A stretch of 64,000 nt of DNA from Escherichia coli (GTDB lineage Bacteria; Pseudomonadota; Gammaproteobacteria; Enterobacterales; Enterobacteriaceae), in assembly GCF_003991155.1 (NCBI RefSeq), contig NZ_CP031293.1. One strand, written 5' to 3'. Each line of letters opens with the position of its first letter. The stretch's first letter is position 1. Below the pieces are notes generated by a model that worked only from the letters and a program-made list of their open reading frames with translations, was not told the origin of the DNA and ran no database searches. Shown here piece after piece: positions 19,353-35,434 of the stretch. The translations under genes and the position numbers were made by a program.

Positions 19353-19366
19353 TGGCGGTTTTTTGG
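19343..19366 (+). terminator. Intrinsic terminator
   Basis: AGCCGCC-TGAT-GGCGGTT followed by TTTTTTGG. Confidence 0.5.
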
Positions 19367-19375
19367 GGGTAGTAG

Positions 19376-19567
19376 ATGGCTGCAATTCACATTGTATCAA
19401 TAACATGCAATGCAATTCAGATAGTTGCTTGCATTATCTTTGTTTTCTCAATCATTCGCTCCAGACGATATTCTCCAGCAATTAACCGACATCCTGCACA
19501 AGTTGAAGCCGTCAGGATGGCTATAGAGTTACGAAATGAGATGAATAAGGCATTAATGGAGATGTAG
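19376..19567 (+). CDS. Hypothetical small hydrophobic protein (63 aa)
   Basis: IVSITCNAIQIVACIIFVFSII putative TM segment. Confidence 0.3.
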   Translation: MAAIHIVSITCNAIQIVACIIFVFSIIRSRRYSPAINRHPAQVEAVRMAIELRNEMNKALMEM

Positions 19568-19691
19568 AAACCATTCACTGACAAACATTAAGAGTGGAAA
19601 TAAAGAAATCACACCGCCTCACACTCGATGAGGCCTGTTCATATCTGATAGAGCCGCTATATGGCGGTTTCTTTTTGCCTGGAGAATTAAG

Positions 19692-19883
19692 ATGACCGAT
19701 ACCAGCCTGATTCCTGAGAAAGAAGTGATGAACAAGCTCGGTGTTTCATCACGTCAGACAATCTGGAACTATACCAAACGGCACGGATTTCCGAAGCCAG
19801 TCAGAACCCACCCCAAATCATACCTTCGTGAAGCTGTTGAAGGGTGGATTCTTAACGGTGGCGTTAATCAGAAATGCTCCTGA
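19692..19883 (+). CDS. xis: Excisionase / AlpA-family DNA-binding protein
   Basis: 63 aa small HTH protein overlapping the 3' end of int on the opposite strand. Confidence 0.7.
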   Translation: MTDTSLIPEKEVMNKLGVSSRQTIWNYTKRHGFPKPVRTHPKSYLREAVEGWILNGGVNQKCS

Positions 19884-21042
19884 TGTGCCAGAACAATTTA
19901 TCAGCGTGAAGCTCATACGCTTTGCGCTGAGCCTCTATCCAGTCGTGTTTATTGTATACGGACATTATCCCGCCAAGTTCATGACCGAGCATTCGCTCAG
20001 TAACATGAGGCTCGACATTCATCTCGGACAGACGTGTAACAAGCGTTCTTCTGAAATCGTGTGTTCGCCAGTAACCTAGATCCATCCCTCCCCTTATTCT
20101 ATTTACGAATCGGTTGGCTGCAGCGATGCTGATCGGTTTGTTTATGTCTTCTCCAGGGAAAAGAACATCATTGTACGTTGTCATGGCCTTTTCGAGGAAA
20201 GGCTTAATTTGTTCGAAGATTGGACGGCGGATAGCATTACCCATCTTGCTATGCTCTTTCGGTACGGTCCATACGTTTTCCAGCAGGTCAAATTCTGTCT
20301 TTTTTGCCAGCCTAAGCTCTGAGAGCCTCGCCCCCCACAGCATAAGCATCTGATGAAGTAGCTTATTTGACGTAGACGCACGGCTTCTTTCAATAGCAAG
20401 CCAAATCTTAGCCAGTTCGTGATACGACAGTACACGATCCCCTACCTCAGCGCGGGAGCCGAAGTCCCTTGGTTGGATGCTCATAATTGCGCAACTATCT
20501 ATCAACTGACGCCGCATGCACCAACTTATTGCTGATCTTAGTTGACTTAGCACCTGCCTTGCTCGGCGTGGATTATCTCTTTCTTCTTCGGTAAGCAGGT
20601 CAACCCATTGCTTAACCGTGATAGAAGATGCCGGACGATTAGGGAAGGCGTCATGCATGCGCTTCATAACCGTTGATCGGTAAAGTGCCTGGGTCTTTTC
20701 TCTGAGAGTTGTAGAGACGTAGTTGTCGAACCAGTAGTCGAGACACTGGGCGACCGTCATGGAGTTCTCCACCTTCTCTTCAAAATAAGTGCGTGGATCC
20801 GTTCCTGAGAAATAGAGCTTTCGCAAGTCAGCAGTGATCTGTCTGGCATCCTTCAAAGACATGGATGGGTATCGACCAAGCCCAAGTCGATTAGGCTTGC
20901 CATGCCAGCGATAGCGGTACTGGAACTGGATGACCCCCTTCGGTGAAATTCGTACGCTGAGGCCATCGGCATCAGCCACTTCTTGTGGGCCCGAATATGG
21001 TTTACCATAAATAGTACGAAGTTTTGTGTCGCTTATAGCCAT
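19864..21042 (-). CDS. int: Tyrosine integrase
   Basis: 392 aa; C-terminal catalytic region HDFRRT...LGHELGG...YNKH. Confidence 0.9.
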   Translation of the reverse strand: MAISDTKLRTIYGKPYSGPQEVADADGLSVRISPKGVIQFQYRYRWHGKPNRLGLGRYPSMSLKDARQITADLRKLYFSGTDPRTYFEEKVENSMTVAQCLDYWFDNYVSTTLREKTQALYRSTVMKRMHDAFPNRPASSITVKQWVDLLTEEERDNPRRARQVLSQLRSAISWCMRRQLIDSCAIMSIQPRDFGSRAEVGDRVLSYHELAKIWLAIERSRASTSNKLLHQMLMLWGARLSELRLAKKTEFDLLENVWTVPKEHSKMGNAIRRPIFEQIKPFLEKAMTTYNDVLFPGEDINKPISIAAANRFVNRIRGGMDLGYWRTHDFRRTLVTRLSEMNVEPHVTERMLGHELGGIMSVYNKHDWIEAQRKAYELHADKLFWHIRSISD

Positions 21043-21223
21043 AAATAATATTTGGTACGCTCAGAAATAATGGTTTGGTACACATCTGGTACACAATATC
21101 ACATGGACAACAGCGCACAGTAAACAACTATATTTGACGTTCGTAGACATACTCAGGTGAAAAAATGGTTGTTTTTCGAGTTATAACAGACAGTTAATTA
21201 ACTACAGTGGACAATGCTAGACA
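21043..21223. promoter_or_regulatory. Prophage attachment-site region (arm-type repeats; core not resolved)
   Basis: TGGTAC(G/A)C repeats at 21053, 21076, 21087 and GACAATG repeats near 21205-21225, between int and sbcB. Confidence 0.35.
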
Positions 21224-22648
21224 ATGACAGACACAGATAAACAACCTACCTTCCTCTTTCACGATTACGAAACCTTTGGAACGCACCCCGCGTTAGATCG
21301 CCCTGCACAGTTCGCAGCCATTCGCACTGATAACGAATTCAATGTCATCGGCGAACCCGAAGTCTTTTACTGCAAGCCCGCGGATGACTATTTACCCCAG
21401 CCTGGAGCAGTATTAATTACCGGTATTACCCCGCAGGAGGCACGGGCGAAAGGAGAAAACGAAGCCGCGTTTGCCGCCCGTATTCACTCGCTTTTTACCG
21501 TACCGAAGACCTGTATTCTGGGCTACAACAATGTGCGTTTCGACGACGAAGTCACACGCAACGTTTTTTATCGTAATTTCTACGATCCTTACGCCTGGAG
21601 CTGGCAGCATGATAACTCGCGCTGGGATTTACTGGATGTTATGCGTGCCTGTTATGCCCTGCGCCCGGAAGGAATAAACTGGCCTGAAAATGATGACGGT
21701 CTACCGAGCTTTCGCCTTGAGCATTTAACCAAAGCGAATGGTATTGAACATAGCAACGCCCACGATGCGATGGCTGATGTGTACGCCACTATTGCGATGG
21801 CGAAACTGGTAAAAACGCGTCAGCCACGCCTGTTTGATTATCTCTTTACCCATCGTAATAAACACAAACTGATGGCGTTGATTGATGTTCCGCAGATGAA
21901 ACCCCTGGTTCACGTTTCCGGAATGTTTGGGGCATGGCGTGGCAATACCAGCTGGGTGGCACCGCTGGCGTGGCATCCTGAAAATCGCAATGCCGTAATT
22001 ATGGTGGATTTGGCAGGAGACATTTCGCCATTACTGGAGCTGGATAGCGACACATTGCGCGAGCGTTTATATACCGCAAAAGCCGATCTTGGCGATAACG
22101 CCGCCGTTCCGGTTAAGCTGGTGCATATCAATAAATGTCCGGTACTGGCCCAGGCGAATACGCTACGCCCGGAAGATGCCGACCGACTGGGAATTAATCG
22201 TCAGCATTGCCTCGATAACCTAAAAATTCTGCGTGAAAATCCGCAAGTGCGTGAAAAAGTGGTGGCGATATTCGCGGAAGCCGAACCGTTTACGCCTTCA
22301 GATAACGTGGATGCACAGCTTTATAATGGCTTTTTCAGTGACGCCGATCGTGCAGCAATGAAAATTGTGCTGGAAACCGAGCCGCGTAATTTACCGGCAC
22401 TGGATATCACTTTTGTTGATAAACGAATTGAAAAACTGTTGTTCAATTATCGAGCGCGCAACTTCCCGGGGACGCTGGATTATGCCGAGCAGCAACGCTG
22501 GCTTGAGCACCGCCGCCAGGTCTTCACGCCAGAGTTTTTGCAGGGCTACGCTGATGAATTGCAGATGCTGGCACAACAGTATGCCGATGACAAAGAGAAA
22601 GTGGCGCTGTTAAAAGCGCTTTGGCAGTACGCGGAAGAGATTGTCTAA
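21224..22648 (+). CDS. sbcB: Exodeoxyribonuclease I
   Basis: 474 aa, matches E. coli SbcB throughout except first about 9 residues (MTDTDKQP here). Confidence 0.9.
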   Translation: MTDTDKQPTFLFHDYETFGTHPALDRPAQFAAIRTDNEFNVIGEPEVFYCKPADDYLPQPGAVLITGITPQEARAKGENEAAFAARIHSLFTVPKTCILGYNNVRFDDEVTRNVFYRNFYDPYAWSWQHDNSRWDLLDVMRACYALRPEGINWPENDDGLPSFRLEHLTKANGIEHSNAHDAMADVYATIAMAKLVKTRQPRLFDYLFTHRNKHKLMALIDVPQMKPLVHVSGMFGAWRGNTSWVAPLAWHPENRNAVIMVDLAGDISPLLELDSDTLRERLYTAKADLGDNAAVPVKLVHINKCPVLAQANTLRPEDADRLGINRQHCLDNLKILRENPQVREKVVAIFAEAEPFTPSDNVDAQLYNGFFSDADRAAMKIVLETEPRNLPALDITFVDKRIEKLLFNYRARNFPGTLDYAEQQRWLEHRRQVFTPEFLQGYADELQMLAQQYADDKEKVALLKALWQYAEEIV

Positions 22649-22655
22649 TGTGAAG

Positions 22656-22679
22656 CCTCCGCCGCTGGTACGGCGGAGG
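22656..22679. terminator. Hairpin between convergent sbcB and yeeD
   Basis: CCTCCGCCG-CTGGTA-CGGCGGAGG. Confidence 0.4.
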
Positions 22680-22690
22680 ACAATTTTGAG

Positions 22691-22918
22691 TCAGGCTTTT
22701 TGAACGGTGATGCTCCACGTAGCATCACCAATCTGCTGATAATCGGTGATGGCATGTCCTTCTTCTGCCGCCCACTGTGGGATTGCTTCAGTTGCCTGGG
22801 TGCAATCAAACTCAATTACCAACTCATCGCCGCTGGCCATTTCTGCCAGTGCTGCTTTTGCTTCTATGAGTGGAAACGGACAGACCTGCGTCACCACATC
22901 CAGCTTTTTAATCGCCAT
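22691..22918 (-). CDS. yeeD: TusA-like sulfur carrier protein
   Basis: 75 aa with CPFP motif. Confidence 0.85.
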   Translation of the reverse strand: MAIKKLDVVTQVCPFPLIEAKAALAEMASGDELVIEFDCTQATEAIPQWAAEEGHAITDYQQIGDATWSITVQKA

Positions 22919-22931
22919 CTTTACACCTTAC

Positions 22932-23990
22932 TTAATTTGCCGCAGCAGTTGCCAGTCGCGCCTTACGCTGCGGTCGAACATACACAAGCCAGGACGCAGT
23001 CCAGACTCCGAGAATCATAAATACAAGGCCAATCCAGCCCTGCCAGGTCATCATTGCAGTCATTACCAGTCCATTACCGATAGAGCAACCACCTGCAATG
23101 CTGGCACCGAAGCCCATCAGTACACCACCTAACCCGCTACGTAATGTTGTTTGTGCATCAGCAGCGCGAACGCGGAACTCACGGCTCGCTTTGGCGGCAA
23201 TAAATGACCCCACGAAGATCCCTAACACCAGGAAAACGCCCCAGTTAATGTATTTCACGTCACCCGCGACCAGAAATTGCAGAATATTGGCCGTTGGGGA
23301 AGTGATGCCTAACCCAAACATACGTCCGGTTGCTTCACTCAGGGGCCAGGCTAAAAGCGCAATCAAACCGATGAGTACAGCTGTGACAAAGGGATGCCAG
23401 CGTTTTTCAAACATAATATGAGCGATCCCAGTTCGGCGCGGCGGTAAGGTCGCGACTTTGAGTTTTGGCTTCTTCAACTCTTTCATCACCACCCAGAGCG
23501 TTATCACCAGCAAAACGGCAACCAACGGCCACACAGACAAATTAAAAGTCTCAGCAATAGAGTTATGTTCAGTACTGTAGTGCTGCAAGGTTTGATTTAA
23601 ACCACTGGCATGTGGAGAACGCATCACCGCACTCATCACCATATAAGTGAAAAGCGCGATCCAACTGCCGATCAATCCCTCACCCGCGCGATACCAGGTC
23701 CCGGTAGCACATCCACCCGCCAGAACAATTCCCAGCCCGAAGATATACCCACCGATAACAGTGCCAAGCCACGGGAACGCCCCGGCTTCGTAAGTCAGTA
23801 GACCCGCCTGAATTAACGCAAAAACCCCCACGCTTTGTACCGAAATTGCAATCAGCAGGGCGTAAAACATGCGATTATTTTTCGCGATATACATATCGCG
23901 AAAACCACCTGTCAGGCAAAAACGCCCACGCTGCATGACAAATCCCAGCAGAGCACCACAAATTAGCCCGCTTAATATCATTGAAAACAT
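22932..23990 (-). CDS. yeeE: Thiosulfate transporter family membrane protein
   Basis: 352 aa polytopic membrane protein, E. coli YeeE. Confidence 0.85.
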   Translation of the reverse strand: MFSMILSGLICGALLGFVMQRGRFCLTGGFRDMYIAKNNRMFYALLIAISVQSVGVFALIQAGLLTYEAGAFPWLGTVIGGYIFGLGIVLAGGCATGTWYRAGEGLIGSWIALFTYMVMSAVMRSPHASGLNQTLQHYSTEHNSIAETFNLSVWPLVAVLLVITLWVVMKELKKPKLKVATLPPRRTGIAHIMFEKRWHPFVTAVLIGLIALLAWPLSEATGRMFGLGITSPTANILQFLVAGDVKYINWGVFLVLGIFVGSFIAAKASREFRVRAADAQTTLRSGLGGVLMGFGASIAGGCSIGNGLVMTAMMTWQGWIGLVFMILGVWTASWLVYVRPQRKARLATAAAN

Positions 23991-24168
23991 AAATTAATTA
24001 ACCAGATGAATGTTAATGAGGAAATTATTCATGACTGGTGGAATGCAGACCAATAACCAAATTCTCTAAATTAGAACAAATGGTTATTAATGAGGATTTC
24101 GATAAAAAAGAATAAAAAAACCGGAGCCAAATATTCATTCGACTCCGGTTGATTATTAGAAAAGATGA

Positions 24169-25533
24169 TTATGCTACGTCTTCGTACTGCGGAACCGGGT
24201 TACGGAAGCTCTTGGTGACGCAAGCCAGGTAAATCAGACCGATAGCAGCCCAGATCAGACCCAGAACCATTGAGCTTTCTTCCAGGTTAACCCACAGCGC
24301 ACCAACGGTCAGCGCACCACACATCGGCAGGAACAGATACTGGAAGTGATCTTTCAGCGTCTTGTTACGCTTCTCACGGATCCAGAACTGCGAGATAACC
24401 GACAGGTTAACGAAGGTGAACGCCACCAACGCACCAAAGTTAATCAGCGCCGTAGCCATTACCAGGTCGAAGTTGATTGCCAGCAGGGCAATCGCGCCAA
24501 CCAGGATGATGTTCATCGCCGGAGTACGCCATTTCGGGTGTACATAACCGAAGAAGCTTTTCGGGAATACGCCGTCACGACCCATTACGTACATCAGACG
24601 CGCTACGCCTGCGTGCGCCGCCATACCGGACGCCAGTACGGTAATGGTGGAGAAGATCAGCGCGCCAACCTGGAACGCTTTACCCGCAACGTACAGCATG
24701 ATTTCAGGCTGTGACGCATCCGGATCTTTAAAACGAGAGATATCCGGGAAGTACAGCTGCAGGAAGTAAGTTGCAAAGATGAAGATCATGCCGCCGATCA
24801 GCGCGGTCAGGAAAATCGCACGCGGGATCACGCGCTCTGCATCTTTGGTTTCTTCCGACAGGTTGCTGATGCCGTCAAAGCCGGTAAAGGAGAAGCACAG
24901 GATTGTCGCCCCGGTAATCATCGGGATAACATGCGCATCGCCAGACCAGAACGGACGAGTGCTCGCCAGCGTACCCGCGCCTTCACCTTCAAATACGCCA
25001 TAAACAACCATGCCCAGGATCACCGCGATCAGCACTACCTGCAACACGACGATTACAGTGTTGAAGTTCGCTACGGATTTCAGACTACGCAGGTTAAAGG
25101 CGGTCATAAAGGCCACCAGCGCCACCACAAACATCCACGATGGAATGGAAGGCACCAGAGCTTCAAAATAGATTTTCGCCAGCAGAATGTTGATCATCGG
25201 CGCGAACAGATAGTCGAGCAGAGAAGACCAACCCACCATAAAGCCGACGGTCGGGCTAATGGATTTCTGGGCGTAAGTGTATGCAGAGCCAGCAGAAGGA
25301 TAGCGGCGGACCAGCTTCCCGTAGCTCAGAGCCGTAAACAGGATCGCAATCAATGCGAACGCATAGGCTGTCGGCACATGACCATCCGTGAGGCCTGAAA
25401 CGATACCAAATGTATCAAACAGCGTCATCGGCTGCATATAGGCAAGACCCATCATTACAACCGGAACTAACGTAAGCGTTTTACGCAATTCCACGCGAGA
25501 GGTGTTTGGAGTAACGTTATGCGACATGGTCAT
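24169..25533 (-). CDS. plaP: Putrescine importer (APC family)
   Basis: 454 aa, E. coli PlaP/YeeF; MTMSHNV start ambiguity. Confidence 0.85.
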   Translation of the reverse strand: MTMSHNVTPNTSRVELRKTLTLVPVVMMGLAYMQPMTLFDTFGIVSGLTDGHVPTAYAFALIAILFTALSYGKLVRRYPSAGSAYTYAQKSISPTVGFMVGWSSLLDYLFAPMINILLAKIYFEALVPSIPSWMFVVALVAFMTAFNLRSLKSVANFNTVIVVLQVVLIAVILGMVVYGVFEGEGAGTLASTRPFWSGDAHVIPMITGATILCFSFTGFDGISNLSEETKDAERVIPRAIFLTALIGGMIFIFATYFLQLYFPDISRFKDPDASQPEIMLYVAGKAFQVGALIFSTITVLASGMAAHAGVARLMYVMGRDGVFPKSFFGYVHPKWRTPAMNIILVGAIALLAINFDLVMATALINFGALVAFTFVNLSVISQFWIREKRNKTLKDHFQYLFLPMCGALTVGALWVNLEESSMVLGLIWAAIGLIYLACVTKSFRNPVPQYEDVA

Positions 25534-25793
25534 TCTCCTTTACGGTGATAACCGTCGCGTAAGCAAAAAATTGCCCCATTTTTTTGGATTCCTCAGCGAC
25601 AACAACTGTCGATTTTTAGTAAATATCTATCCGGTACGAAGCCCGGCCTCTTGGTATGAATGATTGGTTTGAAGCAAAAAATAACCGACGCTAATTAAAC
25701 GTCGGTTTTTAGTCATTTTTTGACAGCGGCGCATTGTGCCTAAATGGGGGGGAAATGACAAGAGAATGAGAGGCTTGTCATAATAATTTTTCT

Positions 25794-26723
25794 TTAAATG
25801 GCTGATTTTCCGTCATCAGATTTTGCATAAACACCGGCGATCGCACTATTTGCTAAAATCTCGTCTCGCCACCAGGCGCTGGCAAGTCCTGCGGTCTGTT
25901 CGTTCCAGCCAATCCAGACAGGTTCAAAGAGAGTTTGGGCGACCACTTTCTTCTCGATTAACGCGCCACTATCGAGAAAACGTTGCGCCAGATAACGGGG
26001 TAAATAGCCGCAGCCGAGGCCGCTAATTTGCAGCTCCAGCTTGGTTTTAAAATCGAAAACGGTAATGGCTTCTTGTTCGTCGAGAAGTTGCGAGGCCGTA
26101 GAAGCGCCGGCCTGCGCAGTATCCCCTACCACAATCGCCCTATATTGCTTAATGATACGACGGTTTAACGGTTCTTCTTCCTGGGCTAACGGATGATGGG
26201 GCGCGACCGCAAAGACTTGTTCAAGATCGCCCAACCGCGAGAAACCAAACTCACTGGAAGATGGTGGCTCATGCATCGCGCCAACAATAATATCCGCTCG
26301 TCCCTGAGTCAGGGCATCCCAGGAACCACCGAGCACGCCATTGATAAACTTCAGGCGCGTCACACTATGATGTTGATAAAAAGCTTCAATAAGTGGCGCG
26401 AGAAGAGAAAAAGGGAAGGTATCGTCCACGCCAATCACCAGCTCGTTTTCCCAGCCTTCATGCAGTTTGATCGCCTGCTTTTCCAGTTCTCGCACGGTAT
26501 GCAGAACTTCCCTCCCTTTCTCTAATAACATTTTTCCGGTGCGGGTGAATTTAGCGCGGTGTCCGCTACGATCAAGCAATTGAATATTAAGGTCGCTTTC
26601 CAGCTTGTGAACGGTGTAACTCAGAGCGGACGGCGTCTTGTAGAGTTTGGCCGACGCCGCCGCAAAACTGCCCTCTTTTTCTAAGGCATCGAGGATCATC
26701 AACACATCCAGCAGTGGTTTCAT
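25794..26723 (-). CDS. yeeY: LysR-family transcriptional regulator
   Basis: N-terminal HTH, start at MKPLLDVLMILDALEKEGSFAAASAKLYKT. Confidence 0.8.
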   Translation of the reverse strand: MKPLLDVLMILDALEKEGSFAAASAKLYKTPSALSYTVHKLESDLNIQLLDRSGHRAKFTRTGKMLLEKGREVLHTVRELEKQAIKLHEGWENELVIGVDDTFPFSLLAPLIEAFYQHHSVTRLKFINGVLGGSWDALTQGRADIIVGAMHEPPSSSEFGFSRLGDLEQVFAVAPHHPLAQEEEPLNRRIIKQYRAIVVGDTAQAGASTASQLLDEQEAITVFDFKTKLELQISGLGCGYLPRYLAQRFLDSGALIEKKVVAQTLFEPVWIGWNEQTAGLASAWWRDEILANSAIAGVYAKSDDGKSAI

Positions 26724-26768
26724 ACACGCCCCCTTGCAGTGCATGCGGCGTCCTGCTGGCGTGATCGT

Positions 26769-27593
26769 TTACTCCAGCGGCATTACCAGCGGATCGGGAT
26801 ACTGGTATTCAAATCCCAGTTCATTACAAATCCGACTGCCATCAATAATCTTACCTTTTCCGCTGTCCAGACTATTTCTGAACTGCGGAGGCTCCAGCCC
26901 CAGTAAACGGGCCATCTGCGGATAGAAAACATTACGCGCAGGGTGAGCTGGCGCACATATATTATAGATGTGTCCGCCTTTAGGTGCCTGTAACAACAGG
27001 GTGATAGCGCCAATAACATCTTCTAAATGGACTAAATTGACACCATGTTCACCATCAGGGGCGGTTTTTCCGGCAAAGAAGCGTCCCGGATGACGTCCCG
27101 GTCCGACCAGGCCCGCAAGACGCAGAATATCGACCGAAGTACCGGGTAAATTGTGCAGCCAGTCTTCGAGTTCTTCTAATACTCGTCCACTGTTGGTTAC
27201 CGGATTACGCGGGGTGGTTTCTTTCACCGTGCCTTGCGCGTCGCCATAGACAGATGTTGAGCTGGTAAAAATAATGCGGGGAATACGATGGGCCAGCGCG
27301 CTATCTACTAACTCTTGTACCGCTTGTAAATAGAACTCATCGCCGGGGCCGCTACGACGTGCCGGAAGCGTAATGACCAGCGCATCGGCATCCATCAGGG
27401 CATCCAGATCGTCAGAATCGCAAACTAACTCAGGCTCCATGCGAAGCAGATAGCTATCAATCCCACTCATTCGGGCCGCTTCGACACCATCTTGTGTGGT
27501 TTTACTCCCGGTGACTTGCCAGCCTCGCGCTGAAAGTGACATCGCCAGCGGCATGCCTAACCACCCTAACCCGACAATTGCGACCTTTTTCAT
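26769..27593 (-). CDS. yeeZ: NAD-dependent epimerase/dehydratase family protein
   Basis: N-terminal GLGWLG Rossmann motif. Confidence 0.85.
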   Translation of the reverse strand: MKKVAIVGLGWLGMPLAMSLSARGWQVTGSKTTQDGVEAARMSGIDSYLLRMEPELVCDSDDLDALMDADALVITLPARRSGPGDEFYLQAVQELVDSALAHRIPRIIFTSSTSVYGDAQGTVKETTPRNPVTNSGRVLEELEDWLHNLPGTSVDILRLAGLVGPGRHPGRFFAGKTAPDGEHGVNLVHLEDVIGAITLLLQAPKGGHIYNICAPAHPARNVFYPQMARLLGLEPPQFRNSLDSGKGKIIDGSRICNELGFEYQYPDPLVMPLE

Positions 27594-28019
27594 CCGTTAT
27601 CTCCTGATACACCTTAGATCTATAAGGCTACGCTAGCGTATCAAAACTGACAATTCATTCTATGAATGAAATCGAAACTGTTAGCAAATATACAATTGCC
27701 TGATGTGCTCCGCTTATCAGTCCTACAAAAACATCAATACATTGAATTTAGGCAATATTTGTAGACCTGATAAGGCATTCACGCCGCATCCGGCAGGAAC
27801 AAAGCCCACTTTAGTTACAGAACACAATGTTCTTGAGGGTTTTAAAGACATATTTTCACGATTACTTTTTTAACGTAGCCACTCCTGGCCCCCTCCTTTC
27901 CCCGCTCATTCATTAAACAAATCCATCGCCATAAAATATATAAAAAAGCCCTTGCTTTCTAACGTGAAAGTGGGTTAGGTTAAAAGACATCAGTTGAATA
28001 AACATTCACAGAGACTTTT

Positions 28020-28070
28020 ATGACACGCGTTCAATTTAAACACCACCATCATCACCATCATCCTGACTAG
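28020..28070 (+). CDS. hisL: his operon leader peptide
   Basis: MTRVQFKHHHHHHHPD, seven consecutive His codons. Confidence 0.85.
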   Translation: MTRVQFKHHHHHHHPD

Positions 28071-28134
28071 TCTTTCAGGCGATGTGTGCTGGAAGACATT
28101 CAGATCTTCCAGTGGTGCATGAACGCATGAAAAA

Positions 28135-28170
28135 GCCCCCGGAAGATCACCTTCCGGGGGCTTTTTTATT
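28135..28170 (+). terminator. his attenuator terminator
   Basis: GCCCCCGGAAG-ATCAC-CTTCCGGGGGC followed by TTTTTTATT. Confidence 0.8.
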
Positions 28171-28215
28171 GCGCGGTTGATAACGGTTCAGACAGGTTTA
28201 AAGAGGAATAAGAAA

Positions 28216-29115
28216 ATGACAGACAACTCTCGTTTACGCATAGCTATGCAGAAATCCGGCCGTTTAAGTGATGACTCACGCGAATTACTGGCGCGCTGCG
28301 GCATTAAAATTAATCTTCACACCCAGCGCCTGATCGCGATGGCAGAAAACATGCCGATTGATATTCTGCGCGTGCGTGACGACGACATTCCCGGTCTGGT
28401 AATGGACGGCGTGGTTGACCTTGGGATTATCGGCGAAAACGTGCTGGAAGAAGAGCTGCTTAACCGCCGCGCCCAGGGTGAAGATCCGCGCTACTTTACC
28501 CTGCGTCGTCTGGATTTCGGCGGCTGCCGCCTTTCGCTGGCAACGCCGGTTGATGAAGCCTGGGACGGCCCGCTCTCCTTAAACGGTAAACGTATCGCCA
28601 CCTCTTATCCTCACCTGCTCAAGCGTTATCTCGACCAGAAAGGCATCTCTTTTAAATCCTGCTTACTGAACGGTTCTGTTGAAGTCGCCCCGCGTGCCGG
28701 ACTGGCGGATGCGATTTGCGATCTGGTTTCCACCGGTGCCACGCTTGAAGCTAACGGCCTGCGCGAAGTCGAAGTTATCTACCGCTCGAAAGCCTGCCTG
28801 ATCCAACGCGATGGCGAAATGGAAGAATCCAAACAGCAACTGATCGACAAACTGCTGACGCGTATTCAGGGCGTGATCCAGGCGCGCGAATCAAAATACA
28901 TCATGATGCACGCACCGACCGAACGTCTGGATGAAGTCATCGCCCTGCTGCCAGGTGCCGAACGCCCAACCATTCTACCGCTGGCAGGTGACCAACAGCG
29001 CGTAGCGATGCACATGGTCAGCAGCGAAACCCTGTTCTGGGAAACGATGGAAAAACTGAAAGCGCTGGGTGCCAGTTCAATTCTGGTCCTGCCGATTGAG
29101 AAGATGATGGAGTGA
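28216..29115 (+). CDS. hisG: ATP phosphoribosyltransferase
   Basis: E. coli HisG, start [17 protein letters not shown]. Confidence 0.9.
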   Translation: MTDNSRLRIAMQKSGRLSDDSRELLARCGIKINLHTQRLIAMAENMPIDILRVRDDDIPGLVMDGVVDLGIIGENVLEEELLNRRAQGEDPRYFTLRRLDFGGCRLSLATPVDEAWDGPLSLNGKRIATSYPHLLKRYLDQKGISFKSCLLNGSVEVAPRAGLADAICDLVSTGATLEANGLREVEVIYRSKACLIQRDGEMEESKQQLIDKLLTRIQGVIQARESKYIMMHAPTERLDEVIALLPGAERPTILPLAGDQQRVAMHMVSSETLFWETMEKLKALGASSILVLPIEKMME

Positions 29116-29120
29116 TCGCC

Positions 29121-34637
<5,517 letters not shown>

Positions 34638-34644
<7 letters not shown>

Positions 34645-35249
34645 CAGAACAACAACGTCGCGAACTGGACTGGGAAAAAACCGACGGACTTATGCCGGTG
34701 ATTGTGCAACACGCGGTATCCGGCGAAGTGCTAATGCTGGGCTATATGAACCCGGAAGCTTTAGACAAAACCATCGAAAGCGGCAAAGTCACCTTCTTCT
34801 CGCGCACTAAACAACGGCTGTGGACCAAAGGCGAAACGTCGGGCAATTTTCTCAATGTGGTGAGTATTGCCCCGGACTGCGACAACGACACGTTACTGGT
34901 GCTGGCGAATCCCATCGGGCCAACCTGCCACAAAGGCACCAGCAGCTGCTTCGGCGACACCGCTCACCAGTGGCTGTTCCTGTATCAACTGGAACAACTG
35001 CTCGCCGAACGTAAATCTGCCGACCCGGAAACCTCCTACACTGCCAAACTGTATGCCAGCGGCACCAAACGCATTGCGCAGAAAGTAGGCGAAGAAGGCG
35101 TGGAAACCGCGCTGGCCGCGACGGTACATGACCGCTTTGAGCTGACCAACGAGGCATCTGATTTGATGTATCACCTGCTGGTGCTGTTGCAGGATCAGGA
35201 TCTGGATTTAACAACGGTAATTGAGAACCTGCGTAAACGGCATCAGTGA
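34638..35249 (+). CDS. hisI: Bifunctional phosphoribosyl-AMP cyclohydrolase / phosphoribosyl-ATP pyrophosphatase
   Basis: E. coli HisIE. Confidence 0.9.
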
Positions 35250-35342
35250 GTGGCGTGCTGAGCAGGTGTGATGTTGTTGTCACACCCGGAGCCATTACCC
35301 GATGCGCAAGCTTATCGTGCCTACACATTATCTCAACACACG

Positions 35343-35378
35343 TAGGCCGGATAAGATGCGCCAGCATCGCATCCGGCA
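35343..35378. repeat. REP element
   Basis: TAGGCCGGATAAGATGCGCCAGCATCGCATCCGGC. Confidence 0.6.
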
Positions 35379-35384
35379 AAAAAA

Positions 35385-35420
35385 ACGGGCATGGTGTCAC
35401 CACCCTGCCCGTTTCTCTTA
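35385..35420 (+). terminator. his operon terminator hairpin (between convergent hisI and wzzB)
   Basis: ACGGGCATGGTG...CACCCTGCCCGT followed by TTCTCTT. Confidence 0.6.
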
Positions 35421-35434
35421 AATGCACAATAATA

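Larger units (their letters stand above)
1..21223. mobile_element. Lambdoid prophage, partial (structural-gene side continues beyond window start); order terminase-lysis-Q-nin-P/O-cII-cro-cI-N-recombination-xis-int
   Basis: Collinear lambda-like homologs (S, R, Rz/Rz1, Q, NinB/E/F/G/H/I, CII, Cro, CI, N, CIII, Kil, Xis, Int) in canonical order, inverted relative to window coordinates. Confidence 0.9.

Noticed and set aside
21043-21223. tRNA gene as integration target
   Set aside because: No cloverleaf-forming sequence seen; the neighbouring gene is sbcB, so integration appears to be into or next to a protein-coding gene.
28020-28070. His7 run resembling an affinity tag
   Set aside because: It is the natural his leader peptide, followed by the attenuator hairpin and hisG in native context.
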